Shown here piece after piece: positions 34,111-50,242 of a stretch of DNA of 64,000 nt (position 1 is its first letter; every line of letters begins with the position of its first letter). The stretch is from Escherichia coli (GTDB lineage Bacteria > Pseudomonadota > Gammaproteobacteria > Enterobacterales > Enterobacteriaceae), in the NCBI RefSeq assembly GCF_003334255.1, contig NZ_QOWU01000015.1; one strand, given 5' to 3'. Both the position numbers and the translations under genes were made by a program. Under the pieces are notes generated by a model, which was given only the letters and a program-made list of their open reading frames with translations, had not been told where the DNA came from and did not search any database.

Positions 34111-35577
34111 ATGCTACGTATCGCTAAAGAAGCTCTGACGTTTGACGACGTTCTCCTCGTTCCTGCTCACTCTACCGTTCTGCCGAATACTGCTGACCTC
34201 AGCACCCAGCTGACGAAAACTATTCGTCTGAATATCCCTATGCTTTCCGCAGCAATGGATACCGTAACGGAAGCGCGCCTGGCTATTGCTCTGGCTCAGG
34301 AAGGCGGTATCGGCTTTATCCACAAAAACATGTCCATTGAACGCCAGGCAGAAGAAGTTCGCCGTGTGAAAAAACACGAATCTGGTGTGGTGACTGATCC
34401 GCAGACTGTTCTGCCAACCACGACGCTGCGCGAAGTGAAAGAACTGACCGAGCGTAACGGTTTTGCGGGCTATCCGGTCGTTACCGAAGAAAACGAACTG
34501 GTGGGTATTATCACCGGTCGTGACGTGCGTTTTGTTACCGACCTGAACCAGCCGGTTAGCGTTTACATGACGCCGAAAGAGCGTCTGGTCACCGTGCGTG
34601 AAGGTGAAGCCCGTGAAGTGGTGCTGGCAAAAATGCACGAAAAACGCGTTGAAAAAGCGCTGGTGGTTGATGACGAATTCCACCTGATCGGCATGATCAC
34701 CGTGAAAGACTTCCAGAAAGCGGAACGTAAACCGAACGCCTGTAAAGACGAGCAAGGCCGTCTGCGTGTTGGTGCAGCGGTTGGCGCAGGTGCGGGTAAC
34801 GAAGAGCGTGTTGACGCGCTGGTTGCCGCAGGCGTTGACGTTCTGCTGATCGACTCCTCCCACGGTCACTCAGAAGGTGTACTGCAACGTATCCGTGAAA
34901 CCCGTGCTAAATATCCGGATCTGCAAATTATCGGCGGCAACGTGGCAACAGCTGCAGGTGCACGCGCTCTGGCAGAAGCTGGTTGCAGTGCGGTTAAAGT
35001 CGGCATTGGCCCTGGCTCTATCTGTACAACTCGTATCGTGACTGGCGTCGGTGTTCCGCAGATTACCGCTGTTGCTGACGCAGTAGAAGCCCTGGAAGGC
35101 ACCGGTATTCCGGTTATCGCTGATGGCGGTATTCGCTTCTCCGGCGACATCGCCAAAGCTATCGCCGCTGGCGCAAGCGCGGTGATGGTAGGTTCCATGC
35201 TGGCGGGTACTGAAGAATCTCCGGGTGAAATCGAACTCTACCAGGGCCGTTCTTACAAATCTTACCGTGGTATGGGTTCCCTGGGCGCGATGTCCAAAGG
35301 TTCCTCTGACCGTTATTTCCAGAGCGATAACGCTGCCGACAAACTGGTGCCGGAAGGTATCGAAGGTCGCGTAGCCTATAAAGGTCGCCTGAAAGAGATC
35401 ATTCACCAGCAGATGGGCGGCCTGCGCTCCTGTATGGGTCTGACCGGCTGTGGTACTATCGACGAACTGCGTACTAAAGCGGAGTTTGTACGTATCAGCG
35501 GTGCGGGCATTCAGGAAAGCCACGTTCACGACGTGACCATTACTAAAGAGTCCCCGAACTACCGTCTGGGCTCCTGA
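34111..35577 (+). CDS. guaB: IMP dehydrogenase
   Basis: 488 aa from [13 protein letters not shown] (ORF-track frame); catalytic Cys loop [11 protein letters not shown]; tandem CBS domains. Confidence 0.96.
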
Positions 35578-35645
35578 TTCTCTTCGCCCGACTTCATGTC
35601 GGGCGATTTATATTATCTGTTTCACTTGCCTCGGAATAAGCGTCA

Positions 35646-37223
35646 ATGACGGAAAACATTCATAAGCATCGCATCCTCATTCTGGACTTCGGTTCTCAGT
35701 ACACTCAACTGGTTGCGCGCCGCGTGCGTGAGCTGGGTGTTTACTGCGAACTGTGGGCGTGGGATGTGACAGAAGCACAAATTCGTGACTTCAATCCAAG
35801 CGGCATTATTCTTTCCGGCGGCCCGGAAAGTACTACTGAAGAAAACAGTCCGCGTGCGCCGCAGTATGTCTTTGAAGCAGGCGTACCGGTATTCGGCGTT
35901 TGCTATGGCATGCAGACCATGGCAATGCAGTTGGGCGGTCACGTTGAAGCCTCTAACGAACGTGAATTTGGCTACGCGCAGGTTGAAGTCGTAAACGACA
36001 GCGCACTGGTTCGCGGTATCGAAGATGCGCTGACCGCAGACGGTAAACCGCTGCTCGATGTCTGGATGAGCCACGGCGATAAAGTTACCGCTATTCCGTC
36101 CGACTTCATCACCGTAGCCAGCACCGAAAGCTGCCCGTTTGCCATTATGGCTAACGAAGAAAAACGCTTCTATGGCGTACAGTTCCACCCGGAAGTGACT
36201 CACACCCGCCAGGGTATGCGCATGCTGGAGCGTTTTGTGCGTGATATCTGCCAGTGTGAAGCCTTGTGGACGCCAGCGAAAATTATCGACGATGCTGTAG
36301 CTCGCATCCGCGAGCAGGTAGGCGACGATAAAGTCATCCTCGGCCTCTCTGGTGGTGTGGATTCCTCCGTAACCGCAATGCTGCTGCACCGCGCTATCGG
36401 TAAAAACCTGACTTGCGTATTCGTCGACAACGGCCTGCTGCGCCTCAACGAAGCAGAGCAGGTTCTGGATATGTTTGGCGATCACTTTGGTCTTAACATT
36501 GTTCACGTACCGGCAGAAGATCGCTTCCTGTCAGCGCTGGCTGGCGAAAACGATCCGGAAGCAAAACGTAAAATCATCGGTCGCGTTTTCGTTGAAGTAT
36601 TCGATGAAGAAGCGCTGAAACTGGAAGACGTGAAGTGGCTGGCGCAGGGCACCATCTACCCTGACGTTATCGAATCTGCGGCGTCTGCAACCGGTAAAGC
36701 ACACGTCATCAAATCTCACCACAACGTGGGCGGCCTGCCGAAAGAGATGAAGATGGGCCTGGTTGAACCGCTGAAAGAGCTGTTCAAAGACGAAGTGCGT
36801 AAGATTGGTCTGGAGCTGGGCCTGCCGTACGACATGCTGTACCGTCACCCGTTCCCGGGACCAGGCCTTGGCGTTCGTGTTCTGGGTGAAGTGAAGAAAG
36901 AGTACTGTGACCTGCTGCGCCGTGCTGACGCCATCTTCATTGAAGAACTGCGTAAAGCGGACCTGTACGACAAAGTCAGCCAGGCGTTCACTGTGTTCCT
37001 GCCGGTACGTTCCGTTGGCGTAATGGGCGATGGTCGTAAGTATGACTGGGTTGTCTCTCTGCGTGCTGTCGAAACCATCGACTTTATGACCGCACACTGG
37101 GCGCATCTGCCGTACGATTTCCTCGGTCGCGTTTCCAACCGCATTATCAATGAAGTGAACGGTATTTCCCGCGTGGTGTATGACATCAGCGGCAAGCCGC
37201 CAGCTACCATTGAGTGGGAATGA
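35646..37223 (+). CDS. guaA: GMP synthase (glutamine-hydrolysing)
   Basis: 525 aa; GATase Cys (GVCYGMQ); PP-loop SGGVDSS. Confidence 0.97.
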
Positions 37224-37247
37224 TTTGACCCTGCACTATGAATGAAC

Positions 37248-37277
37248 AAAACCCTCTGTTACTACAGAGGGTTTTTT
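37248..37277. terminator. bidirectional intrinsic terminator between guaA and yfgI
   Basis: aaaaccctctgt-tact-acagagggtttttt. Confidence 0.8.
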
Positions 37278-37315
37278 ATCTTCAAGAATTATAGGATTGA
37301 AGTTACTAACATCGA

Positions 37316-37855
37316 TTAATTAAACCAGCTGTCCGATTTGTTCTCTTCTGCTTTGCCCACGCTTTTCATCAGATCGCGACCGCCTTCAGTCATATTTCTG
37401 TTGGCGTCAGCTTCAGATTGCACCACATCGGTTTGCGCAGCTTTGTGCTTCAGTTCCTGATCGATAAATTCGTTTTCTCGCTTAACGCGGGCTTCTTCTT
37501 TCGCCAGCGCCAGTTTTTGTTTCTGAATCTCTAAGCTGCGTAGCTCATCTTCATAACTTTGATCGCGTTTTTTGTCCGCAGAGGCTTCGGCGTCCAGTTT
37601 ATCCTGACGAGCTTTCTTATTTGCCGCTGCCGTTGCCGCTCTTTTGTTAGCGGCGGCCTGGGCATTTGCGCGACGTTGCTTCTCTTGCTGGATTTCCCTG
37701 TTGCGCTCCGCGACCCATTCGTCATGCTGCCTTTGCTCTTCATTTTTACCTTGCTGTTCCGCTTCTGCGACAGCAGAGAGTTGATCCTGCAATGATGAGG
37801 CGATAGCCGGATAGCTTAAGGAGGCTAAGATGGCGCAAAGAAAAACTTTCTTCAT
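37316..37855 (-). CDS. yfgI: secreted coiled-coil, K/E/Q/A-rich protein YfgI
   Basis: 179 aa; signal peptide then highly charged low-complexity sequence. Confidence 0.85.
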   Translation of the reverse strand: MKKVFLCAILASLSYPAIASSLQDQLSAVAEAEQQGKNEEQRQHDEWVAERNREIQQEKQRRANAQAAANKRAATAAANKKARQDKLDAEASADKKRDQSYEDELRSLEIQKQKLALAKEEARVKRENEFIDQELKHKAAQTDVVQSEADANRNMTEGGRDLMKSVGKAEENKSDSWFN

Positions 37856-37870
37856 GACTCCTCCTGATTA

Positions 37871-38389
37871 TTAGCTCTTTTCAGGACATTTGGTATTTGG
37901 CTGAATACGCGTTTCGTTATACGTCGTGGTAATAACAACGGCTAAACCTGTCGTAAACTGGCACTCTTTACCCACCTGGGTAGAGGTATACACTTTGGTG
38001 CCTTCCTTATAGGTTAAAGAAACACCTTCCACTAAGGTTTTATCATTCACCATAGAACCCGCTGCCGCGCCTACAGCTCCGCCGCCAACTGCACCTGCCG
38101 TCGTTCCGGAATTGCTGCCAGACCCGACGTTGTGGCCGATAACACCGCCAGCGACTGCGCCAATAAGCGCGCCGAAGGCTTGTGCGTTCCGTTTATTTTG
38201 GGAGTTGTCTACGGCAACTTTTGCGGGAAGAATGGAAATAATATTAACGGTTTTAGTTTCTTGTTTGGTATTCAGTTGATCGGTTTGATAAACATCGGCA
38301 GCATGATCGTCAGCATTTGACTGGCATCCTGCCAGAGTGAATGACGCTAACATTGCCACAGGCAGAAGACATTTTTTAAATTTCATCAC
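37871..38389 (-). CDS. yfgH: outer-membrane lipoprotein with glycine-zipper domain YfgH
   Basis: 172 aa; lipobox FTLAGC; GxxxG-rich segment. Confidence 0.85.
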   Translation of the reverse strand: MMKFKKCLLPVAMLASFTLAGCQSNADDHAADVYQTDQLNTKQETKTVNIISILPAKVAVDNSQNKRNAQAFGALIGAVAGGVIGHNVGSGSNSGTTAGAVGGGAVGAAAGSMVNDKTLVEGVSLTYKEGTKVYTSTQVGKECQFTTGLAVVITTTYNETRIQPNTKCPEKS

Positions 38390-38699
38390 TATTCCTTGTT
38401 ATACACATTACGAAAAATAAGACATTTAAGATCATCAAAAGAGGAAAGTAAATGTATTGCGTATAAAGGGATAGATTAAATTTATTAAAATTCACGCAGG
38501 GAATAATTTATAAAAATATATCATTACAACATATATATTAATTTTATATTTATTTCGCAGCCAAACAGGATAAACATCAGTCAGGATAAAGACGTAAAAT
38601 TTAAGATGAAAGAATATCTGCCGCTTTGATAATCCCAAACAGCAAAAGCATCCGACAGCGAAGTGCCGTTATGTTCTGTGAAAGTGGAGAAGGTAACCG

Positions 38700-38891
38700 C
38701 TAACGTTGTACCGGTGATTCGACGGAGAGTGTGGATTGCTGAGCTTCTTTTTTGCTCTGATGGTGCTGCCAGGCACCGACGGACGAGTAGATAAAACGGC
38801 CAAAGAAGAAGATAAAGCTGATGAGCAGTACGATACGGGTCATGCGACTGTTAAATCGGTGTCGTTTTCGCATACTGGTTGCCTGACTCAC
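38700..38891 (-). CDS. yfgG: small membrane protein YfgG
   Basis: 63 aa, one TM helix, flanked by AT-rich DNA. Confidence 0.8.
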   Translation of the reverse strand: MSQATSMRKRHRFNSRMTRIVLLISFIFFFGRFIYSSVGAWQHHQSKKEAQQSTLSVESPVQR

Positions 38892-39101
38892 AAAAGGTTC
38901 CTTGAAGTATGTCCCACGCTGTGGACGGTACTTACATTAAGGCACAACAGGACAAAATGGTCAATTCTTCGTTATGTAAAAAAGCGTCAGTGGATACATA
39001 TTTTAATGTTATGGAAGTTAATTTAATTATTTACAATGATGATGTAATAATGATGAATTAACATGATAAACGTAATAATTCATTAATCAGGGTTATTTTG
39101 T

Positions 39102-39115
39102 TTGATATATATCAA
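39102..39115 (+). promoter_or_regulatory. perfect FNR consensus box TTGAT-N4-ATCAA upstream of pdeF
   Basis: ttgatatatatcaa read directly from sequence, ~130 bp upstream of the pdeF start. Confidence 0.65.
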
Positions 39116-39242
39116 TTGGTACTTTCATATGACACTTAGAATCAATGCTCTCTATAGTGATGAATAATCATCATTCGAAGTCAGGTGGGATGCCTGTCTG
39201 AATACACCTCCTTCAGGATGTGGGGGATTCTGCTGAGCATCT

Positions 39243-41486
39243 ATGAAACTGAATGCAACTTATATAAAAATACGTGATAAATGGTGGGGGCTTCCGCTGT
39301 TCCTGCCTTCTTTAATCTTGCCCATTTTCGCCCACATTAATACTTTCGCGCATATTTCTTCCGGTGAGGTTTTTCTCTTTTATCTGCCTCTGGCACTGAT
39401 GATCAGCATGATGATGTTTTTCAGCTGGGCGGCATTGCCAGGGATCGCCTTAGGGATTTTTGTCCGCAAATATGCAGAGCTGGGTTTTTACGAAACGCTA
39501 TCATTAACGGCTAATTTTATTATCATTATCATTCTCTGTTGGGGCGGTTACAGGGTCTTTACTCCCCGGCGTAACAACGTTTCACATGGTGATACCCGTT
39601 TAATTTCCCAGCGTATATTCTGGCAGATTGTGTTTCCTGCAACGCTGTTTCTGATACTTTTCCAGTTTGCTGCATTTGTAGGATTACTGGCGAGCAGAGA
39701 AAATCTGGTCGGTGTCATGCCTTTTAACCTCGGGACTTTAATCAATTATCAGGCCTTACTGGTGGGTAATCTGATCGGTGTCCCGCTGTGCTACTTCATC
39801 ATTCGGGTAGTGCGAAATCCATTTTATTTACGTAGCTATTATTCGCAATTAAAACAGCAGGTTGATGCCAAAGTCACCAAAAAAGAGTTCGCGCTCTGGC
39901 TACTGGCATTAGGTGCTTTATTGTTGCTGTTATGCATGCCGTTAAATGAAAAAAGCACAATTTTTAGCACCAATTATACCTTGTCATTATTGCTGCCCCT
40001 GATGATGTGGGGAGCGATGCGCTATGGTTATAAGCTGATTTCGCTGCTCTGGGCGGTCGTGTTGATGATCAGCATCCACAGCTATCAAAATTACATTCCC
40101 ATTTATCCTGGCTATACCACGCAGCTGACCATAACCTCCTCCAGTTATCTGGTATTCTCTTTTATTGTCAATTATATGGCTGTACTGGCAACCCGTCAGA
40201 GAGCGGTAGTCAGACGCATTCAGCGGCTTGCGTATGTGGACCCGGTGGTTCATCTGCCAAATGTTCGCGCCCTGAATCGCGCGTTGCGTGATGCCCCCTG
40301 GTCTGCGCTTTGTTATTTACGCATCCCTGGCATGGAAATGCTGGTTAAGAACTATGGCATCATGCTGCGGATTCAATACAAGCAAAAACTTTCTCACTGG
40401 CTGTCACCCTTGCTGGAACCGGGTGAAGATGTTTATCAGCTTTCGGGTAACGATCTCGCGCTGCGACTGAATACAGAATCGCACCAGGAGCGCATTACCG
40501 CACTGGATAGCCATCTCAAGCAATTTCGTTTCTTTTGGGATGGCATGCCGATGCAACCGCAGATTGGCGTCAGTTACTGCTATGTGCGCTCGCCAGTGAA
40601 TCATATCTACCTGCTGCTGGGAGAGCTAAATACGGTCGCCGAACTTTCCATCGTGACCAACGCCCCGGAAAATATGCAGCGTCGCGGGGCAATGTATTTG
40701 CAACGCGAATTGAAAGATAAAGTCGCGATGATGAATCGACTACAGCAGGCGCTGGAACACAACCATTTTTTCCTGATGGCCCAGCCGATTACCGGTATGC
40801 GTGGTGATGTTTACCATGAAATTCTTCTGCGCATGAAAGGTGAGAATGATGAACTGATCAGCCCCGATAGCTTCTTGCCGGTCGCACACGAATTTGGTTT
40901 ATCGTCGAGTATCGACATGTGGGTCATTGAGCATACGCTGCAATTTATGGCTGAAAACAGAGCGAAGATGCCCGCTCACCGTTTTGCTATTAATCTGTCT
41001 CCAACCTCGGTATGTCAGGCTCGTTTTCCTGTTGAAGTCAGTCAGTTGCTGGCTAAATATCAGATTGAAGCGTGGCAACTTATTTTTGAAGTCACCGAAA
41101 GTAATGCTCTGACCAATGTTAAGCAGGCGCAAATCACCTTGCAGCATCTTCAGGAATTAGGCTGCCAGATTGCGATTGATGATTTCGGCACCGGCTACGC
41201 CAGCTATGCGCGGCTTAAAAATGTGAATGCCGATCTGCTTAAAATTGACGGCAGTTTTATCCGCAATATTGTGTCAAATAGTCTGGATTATCAGATAGTG
41301 GCATCGATTTGCCACCTGGCGCGAATGAAGAAAATGCTGGTAGTGGCAGAGTACGTTGAAAACGAAGAGATCCGCGAGGCGGTGCTCTCTTTGGGGATCG
41401 ATTATATGCAGGGTTATCTTATTGGTAAGCCGCAGCCGTTAATTGATACGCTGAATGAAATCGAACCCATTCGCGAAAGTGCCTGA
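39243..41486 (+). CDS. pdeF: c-di-GMP phosphodiesterase PdeF (MASE1 membrane domain, degenerate GGDEF, EAL)
   Basis: 747 aa; N-terminal multi-TM region; C-terminal EAL-type motifs. Confidence 0.93.
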   Translation: MKLNATYIKIRDKWWGLPLFLPSLILPIFAHINTFAHISSGEVFLFYLPLALMISMMMFFSWAALPGIALGIFVRKYAELGFYETLSLTANFIIIIILCWGGYRVFTPRRNNVSHGDTRLISQRIFWQIVFPATLFLILFQFAAFVGLLASRENLVGVMPFNLGTLINYQALLVGNLIGVPLCYFIIRVVRNPFYLRSYYSQLKQQVDAKVTKKEFALWLLALGALLLLLCMPLNEKSTIFSTNYTLSLLLPLMMWGAMRYGYKLISLLWAVVLMISIHSYQNYIPIYPGYTTQLTITSSSYLVFSFIVNYMAVLATRQRAVVRRIQRLAYVDPVVHLPNVRALNRALRDAPWSALCYLRIPGMEMLVKNYGIMLRIQYKQKLSHWLSPLLEPGEDVYQLSGNDLALRLNTESHQERITALDSHLKQFRFFWDGMPMQPQIGVSYCYVRSPVNHIYLLLGELNTVAELSIVTNAPENMQRRGAMYLQRELKDKVAMMNRLQQALEHNHFFLMAQPITGMRGDVYHEILLRMKGENDELISPDSFLPVAHEFGLSSSIDMWVIEHTLQFMAENRAKMPAHRFAINLSPTSVCQARFPVEVSQLLAKYQIEAWQLIFEVTESNALTNVKQAQITLQHLQELGCQIAIDDFGTGYASYARLKNVNADLLKIDGSFIRNIVSNSLDYQIVASICHLARMKKMLVVAEYVENEEIREAVLSLGIDYMQGYLIGKPQPLIDTLNEIEPIRESA

Positions 41487-41524
41487 ATAATGCGGGCCGA
41501 CATTTCTCGTCGGCCCGCAAAGTA

Positions 41525-45137
<3,613 letters not shown>

Positions 45138-45307
45138 TACCACTTTTACTCCGTTTTATTCACGGGACACTGCCTGGATATTATGGCGAGCAATATTGGC
45201 AGATGTCCAACTATGCCAGAAAAGGGGGAAAAAAACTGCTGGAGCTTGCGATTTACAGGTGAATTGAAAAACGCCAGCGGCAGAGCTGGCGCTTTAACTA
45301 CGGGGCA

Positions 45308-45945
45308 TTACTCGTCGGCAGCGTAGCCCTGCGGCGGCAGACGTTGACCATCCAGCCACGCGGCGTTTTCGTGCATTTTCAGACGACCATCGGCAAACCA
45401 GCTAATCACCAGTGGATAAATAGCGTGTTCCTGGGTTTGCACGCGGGCGGTGATGTCATCTTCCGTATCACCAGCAAATACCGGGACTTTCGCCTGTAAA
45501 ATAACCGGGCCACCGTCCAGTTCATCGGTGACGAAATGCACCGATGTACCGTGCTCTTCATCACCATTTTCCAGCGCCTGACGATGGGTGTGTAATCCGG
45601 GATATTTCGGCAGCAGAGAAGGGTGAATGTTCAGCAAACGCCCGGCATAGTGGGAGACAAACGCCGGGCTGAGAATGCGCATAAAACCAGCCAGCACGAC
45701 CATATCGGGTGCGTACATGTCGATTTCATGAATCAACTCCCGGTCATAGGCTTCACGACTGTCAAACGCGCTGGCGATGAGCGTATGCGTTGCAATACCC
45801 GCCTGGCGGGCGCGTTCAAGGCCGAACGCGTCGGCCTTATTGCTGAAAACTGCCCGTACGGTGCCTTTAATTTTGTTAGTTTTACAGGCGTCAATAATTG
45901 CCTGTAAATTACTTCCGTTGCCGGAAATAAGCACCACAATATTCA

Positions 45946-45946
<1 letters not shown>
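45308..45946 (-). CDS. purN: phosphoribosylglycinamide formyltransferase
   Basis: 212 aa; start overlaps purM stop. Confidence 0.96.
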
Positions 45947-47001
<1,055 letters not shown>

Positions 47002-47048
47002 TTACTTGCGGTAGAAAAATAAAATTCGGCGCAATTCTAACAGGGAAA

Positions 47049-47060
47049 GCAAACGTTTGC
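47049..47060. promoter_or_regulatory. PurR operator (perfect palindrome GCAAACGTTTGC) in purMN promoter
   Basis: exact match to PurR box core read from sequence. Confidence 0.8.
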
Positions 47061-47237
47061 GAGACTGCTTTACACAACCTTTTTGCACGTCTTTTCCCCA
47101 GGCGCGCGGCGAAAGAAGACTTGTGCCAGGGCAAAGGTTAGTTTTCGGATGGAATAATCTTCTTTCATAACCATTTGAATATAAAATAACTTTATCTCAA
47201 ACCGTTATCATTTTGACTAAAGTCAACGAAAATAATA

Positions 47238-47282
47238 TTGCCGCCTTGAAGAAAGGAGGTATAATCCGTCGATTTTTTTTGT
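47238..47282 (+). promoter_or_regulatory. upp promoter (-35 TTGCCG, -10 TATAAT) with GATTTTTTTTG initially transcribed tract
   Basis: hexamers and T8 run read from sequence; matches the UTP-sensitive reiterative-transcription element described for upp. Confidence 0.7.
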
Positions 47283-47307
47283 GGCTGCCCCTCAAAGGAG
47301 AAAGAGT

Positions 47308-47934
47308 ATGAAGATCGTGGAAGTCAAACACCCACTCGTCAAACACAAGCTGGGACTGATGCGTGAGCAAGATATCAGCACCAAGCGCTTTCGCGAACTC
47401 GCTTCCGAAGTGGGTAGCCTGCTGACTTACGAAGCGACCGCCGACCTCGAAACGGAAAAAGTAACTATCGAAGGCTGGAACGGCCCGGTAGAAATCGACC
47501 AGATCAAAGGTAAGAAAATTACCGTTGTGCCAATTCTGCGTGCGGGTCTTGGTATGATGGACGGTGTGCTGGAAAACGTTCCGAGCGCGCGCATCAGCGT
47601 TGTCGGTATGTACCGTAATGAAGAAACGCTGGAGCCGGTACCGTACTTCCAGAAACTGGTTTCTAACATCGATGAGCGTATGGCGCTGATCGTTGACCCA
47701 ATGCTGGCAACCGGTGGTTCCGTTATCGCGACCATCGACCTGCTGAAAAAAGCGGGCTGCAGCAGCATCAAAGTTCTGGTGCTGGTAGCTGCGCCAGAAG
47801 GTATCGCTGCGCTGGAAAAAGCGCACCCGGACGTCGAACTGTATACCGCATCGATTGACCAGGGACTGAACGAGCACGGATACATTATTCCGGGCCTCGG
47901 CGATGCCGGTGACAAAATCTTTGGTACGAAATAA
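47308..47934 (+). CDS. upp: uracil phosphoribosyltransferase
   Basis: 208 aa from [11 protein letters not shown]. Confidence 0.97.
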
Positions 47935-47949
47935 AGAATAAAAATAATT

Positions 47950-47979
47950 AAAGCCGACTTTAAGAGTCGGCTTTTTTTT
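47950..47979 (+). terminator. intrinsic terminator after upp
   Basis: aaagccgactt-taa-gagtcggctttttttt. Confidence 0.8.
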
Positions 47980-48019
47980 GAGTAAAGCGCCTATAACACA
48001 TAATACAGAGGATAATACT

Positions 48020-49309
48020 ATGACGCGCCGTGCTATCGGGGTGAGTGAAAGACCGCCACTTTTACAGACAATCCCGCTTAGTTTGCAACATTTGTTCGCC
48101 ATGTTTGGTGCAACCGTCCTGGTGCCCGTCTTATTTCATATTAACCCGGCGACTGTACTGTTATTTAACGGTATTGGAACGCTGCTGTATCTCTTCATCT
48201 GTAAAGGGAAAATTCCGGCTTATCTTGGTTCCAGCTTTGCCTTTATTTCACCGGTATTGTTACTGTTGCCGTTGGGGTATGAAGTCGCGCTGGGCGGCTT
48301 TATTATGTGCGGCGTGCTGTTCTGCCTGGTTTCTTTTATCGTGAAGAAAGCGGGGACCGGCTGGCTGGACGTGCTGTTTCCACCTGCGGCAATGGGCGCA
48401 ATCGTTGCCGTCATCGGTCTGGAGCTGGCGGGCGTAGCTGCCGGTATGGCGGGTTTACTCCCGGCTGAAGGGCAAACGCCAGACTCCAAAACCATCATCA
48501 TCTCTATTACCACCCTGGCGGTCACGGTTTTAGGTTCCGTGCTGTTTCGTGGTTTCCTGGCAATTATCCCGATTTTAATTGGCGTGCTGGTGGGGTACGC
48601 GCTCTCTTTCGCAATGGGAATTGTCGATACCACGCCGATTATTAATGCTCACTGGTTTGCGCTGCCAACCCTCTATACGCCGCGCTTCGAGTGGTTTGCC
48701 ATTCTGACTATTCTGCCAGCGGCATTAGTGGTTATTGCCGAACACGTAGGGCACCTGGTAGTAACGGCTAATATCGTCAAAAAAGATCTGCTGCGCGATC
48801 CAGGTCTGCACCGTTCGATGTTTGCTAACGGCCTGTCGACCGTGATCTCCGGCTTCTTTGGCTCTACGCCAAATACCACTTACGGAGAAAACATTGGCGT
48901 GATGGCGATCACCCGTGTTTACAGTACTTGGGTTATCGGCGGGGCGGCGATTTTCGCTATCCTGCTTTCCTGCGTCGGTAAACTGGCTGCCGCTATCCAG
49001 ATGATCCCATTGCCGGTGATGGGCGGCGTTTCGCTGCTGCTTTATGGTGTCATCGGTGCTTCCGGTATTCGTGTTTTGATCGAATCGAAAGTGGATTACA
49101 ACAAAGCACAGAACCTGATCCTGACTTCCGTGATTTTGATCATCGGCGTCAGTGGCGCGAAGGTAAACATCGGCGCGGCGGAGTTAAAAGGTATGGCGCT
49201 GGCGACCATCGTCGGTATCGGCTTAAGTTTGATCTTCAAACTGATTAGTGTGCTGCGCCCTGAAGAAGTGGTGCTGGACGCAGAAGACGCGGATATAACA
49301 GACAAATAA
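48020..49309 (+). CDS. uraA: uracil permease (NCS2 family)
   Basis: 429 aa from [13 protein letters not shown]; multiple TM helices. Confidence 0.96.
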   Translation: MTRRAIGVSERPPLLQTIPLSLQHLFAMFGATVLVPVLFHINPATVLLFNGIGTLLYLFICKGKIPAYLGSSFAFISPVLLLLPLGYEVALGGFIMCGVLFCLVSFIVKKAGTGWLDVLFPPAAMGAIVAVIGLELAGVAAGMAGLLPAEGQTPDSKTIIISITTLAVTVLGSVLFRGFLAIIPILIGVLVGYALSFAMGIVDTTPIINAHWFALPTLYTPRFEWFAILTILPAALVVIAEHVGHLVVTANIVKKDLLRDPGLHRSMFANGLSTVISGFFGSTPNTTYGENIGVMAITRVYSTWVIGGAAIFAILLSCVGKLAAAIQMIPLPVMGGVSLLLYGVIGASGIRVLIESKVDYNKAQNLILTSVILIIGVSGAKVNIGAAELKGMALATIVGIGLSLIFKLISVLRPEEVVLDAEDADITDK

Positions 49310-49358
49310 TGTACCGACCGGGCAGTGTTGCTGCCCGGTTCAAACATCATGGGATTCT

Positions 49359-50105
49359 GTGGTAAACTTCTCGCGATTTTGTGAAATCCTGGTTGAGGTA
49401 TCTCTGAACACACCGGCACAGCTCTCTTTGCCACTTTATCTTCCTGACGACGAAACCTTTGCAAGTTTCTGGCCGGGGGATAACTCCTCTTTACTGGCCG
49501 CGCTGCAAAACGTGCTGCGTCAGGAACATAGCGGTTACATCTATCTCTGGGCACGCGAAGGCGCGGGGCGCAGCCATCTGCTGCACGCGGCTTGCGCGGA
49601 ATTGTCGCAGCGTGGCGATGCGGTGGGCTATGTCCCGCTGGATAAACGCACCTGGTTTGTTCCGGAAGTGCTCGACGGTATGGAGCATTTGTCGCTGGTC
49701 TGTATCGACAACATTGAGTGTATTGCAGGCGATGAGTTGTGGGAGATGGCGATTTTCGATCTCTACAATCGAATTCTGGAATCGGGCAAAACACGGTTGT
49801 TGATCACCGGCGATCGTCCACCGCGGCAGTTGAATCTGGGATTACCGGATCTCGCGTCGCGACTCGACTGGGGGCAGATCTACAAATTGCAGCCACTTTC
49901 TGATGAAGATAAGTTGCAGGCGCTACAGTTACGCGCGCGTTTGCGTGGTTTTGAACTGCCGGAAGATGTGGGGCGTTTCTTGCTGAAGCGGCTCGACAGA
50001 GAAATGCGCACGCTATTTATGACGTTGGATCAGTTGGATCGTGCGTCGATTACCGCGCAACGTAAGCTGACCATTCCGTTTGTGAAAGAAATTCTGAAGT
50101 TGTAG
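49359..50105 (+). CDS. hda: DnaA regulatory inactivator Hda (AAA+); reported native start is a CTG codon at about 49404
   Basis: Walker [11 protein letters not shown]; longest ORF starts at GTG 49359, in-frame CTG at 49404 precedes [18 protein letters not shown]. Confidence 0.93.
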
Positions 50106-50117
50106 ATAAGGTGTTTA

Positions 50118-50218
50118 TTGTCGGATGCGGCGCGAACGCCTTATCCGAACTACGCGAAGTTAATCCATAGTATTCGTAGGCCGGATAAGACGTGGCAAGC
50201 GTCGCATCCGGCAATGTG
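50118..50218. repeat. pair of REP palindromic elements
   Basis: tgtcggatgcggcgcgaacgccttatccgaactac ... gtaggccggataagacgtggcaagcgtcgcatccggca. Confidence 0.85.
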
Positions 50219-50242
50219 CTTCAACTAGCGATGGAGCACATC

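Noticed and set aside
34114-35529. Antisense ORFs of 251 and 219 aa within guaB
   Set aside because: Shadow ORFs opposite a highly conserved gene; low-complexity translations.
35643-36506. 287-aa ORF antisense to guaA
   Set aside because: Shadow ORF opposite a conserved gene.
47197-48102. 301-aa ORF antisense to upp/uraA
   Set aside because: Spans the upp terminator and promoter region on the opposite strand of two bona fide genes; translation is low-complexity.
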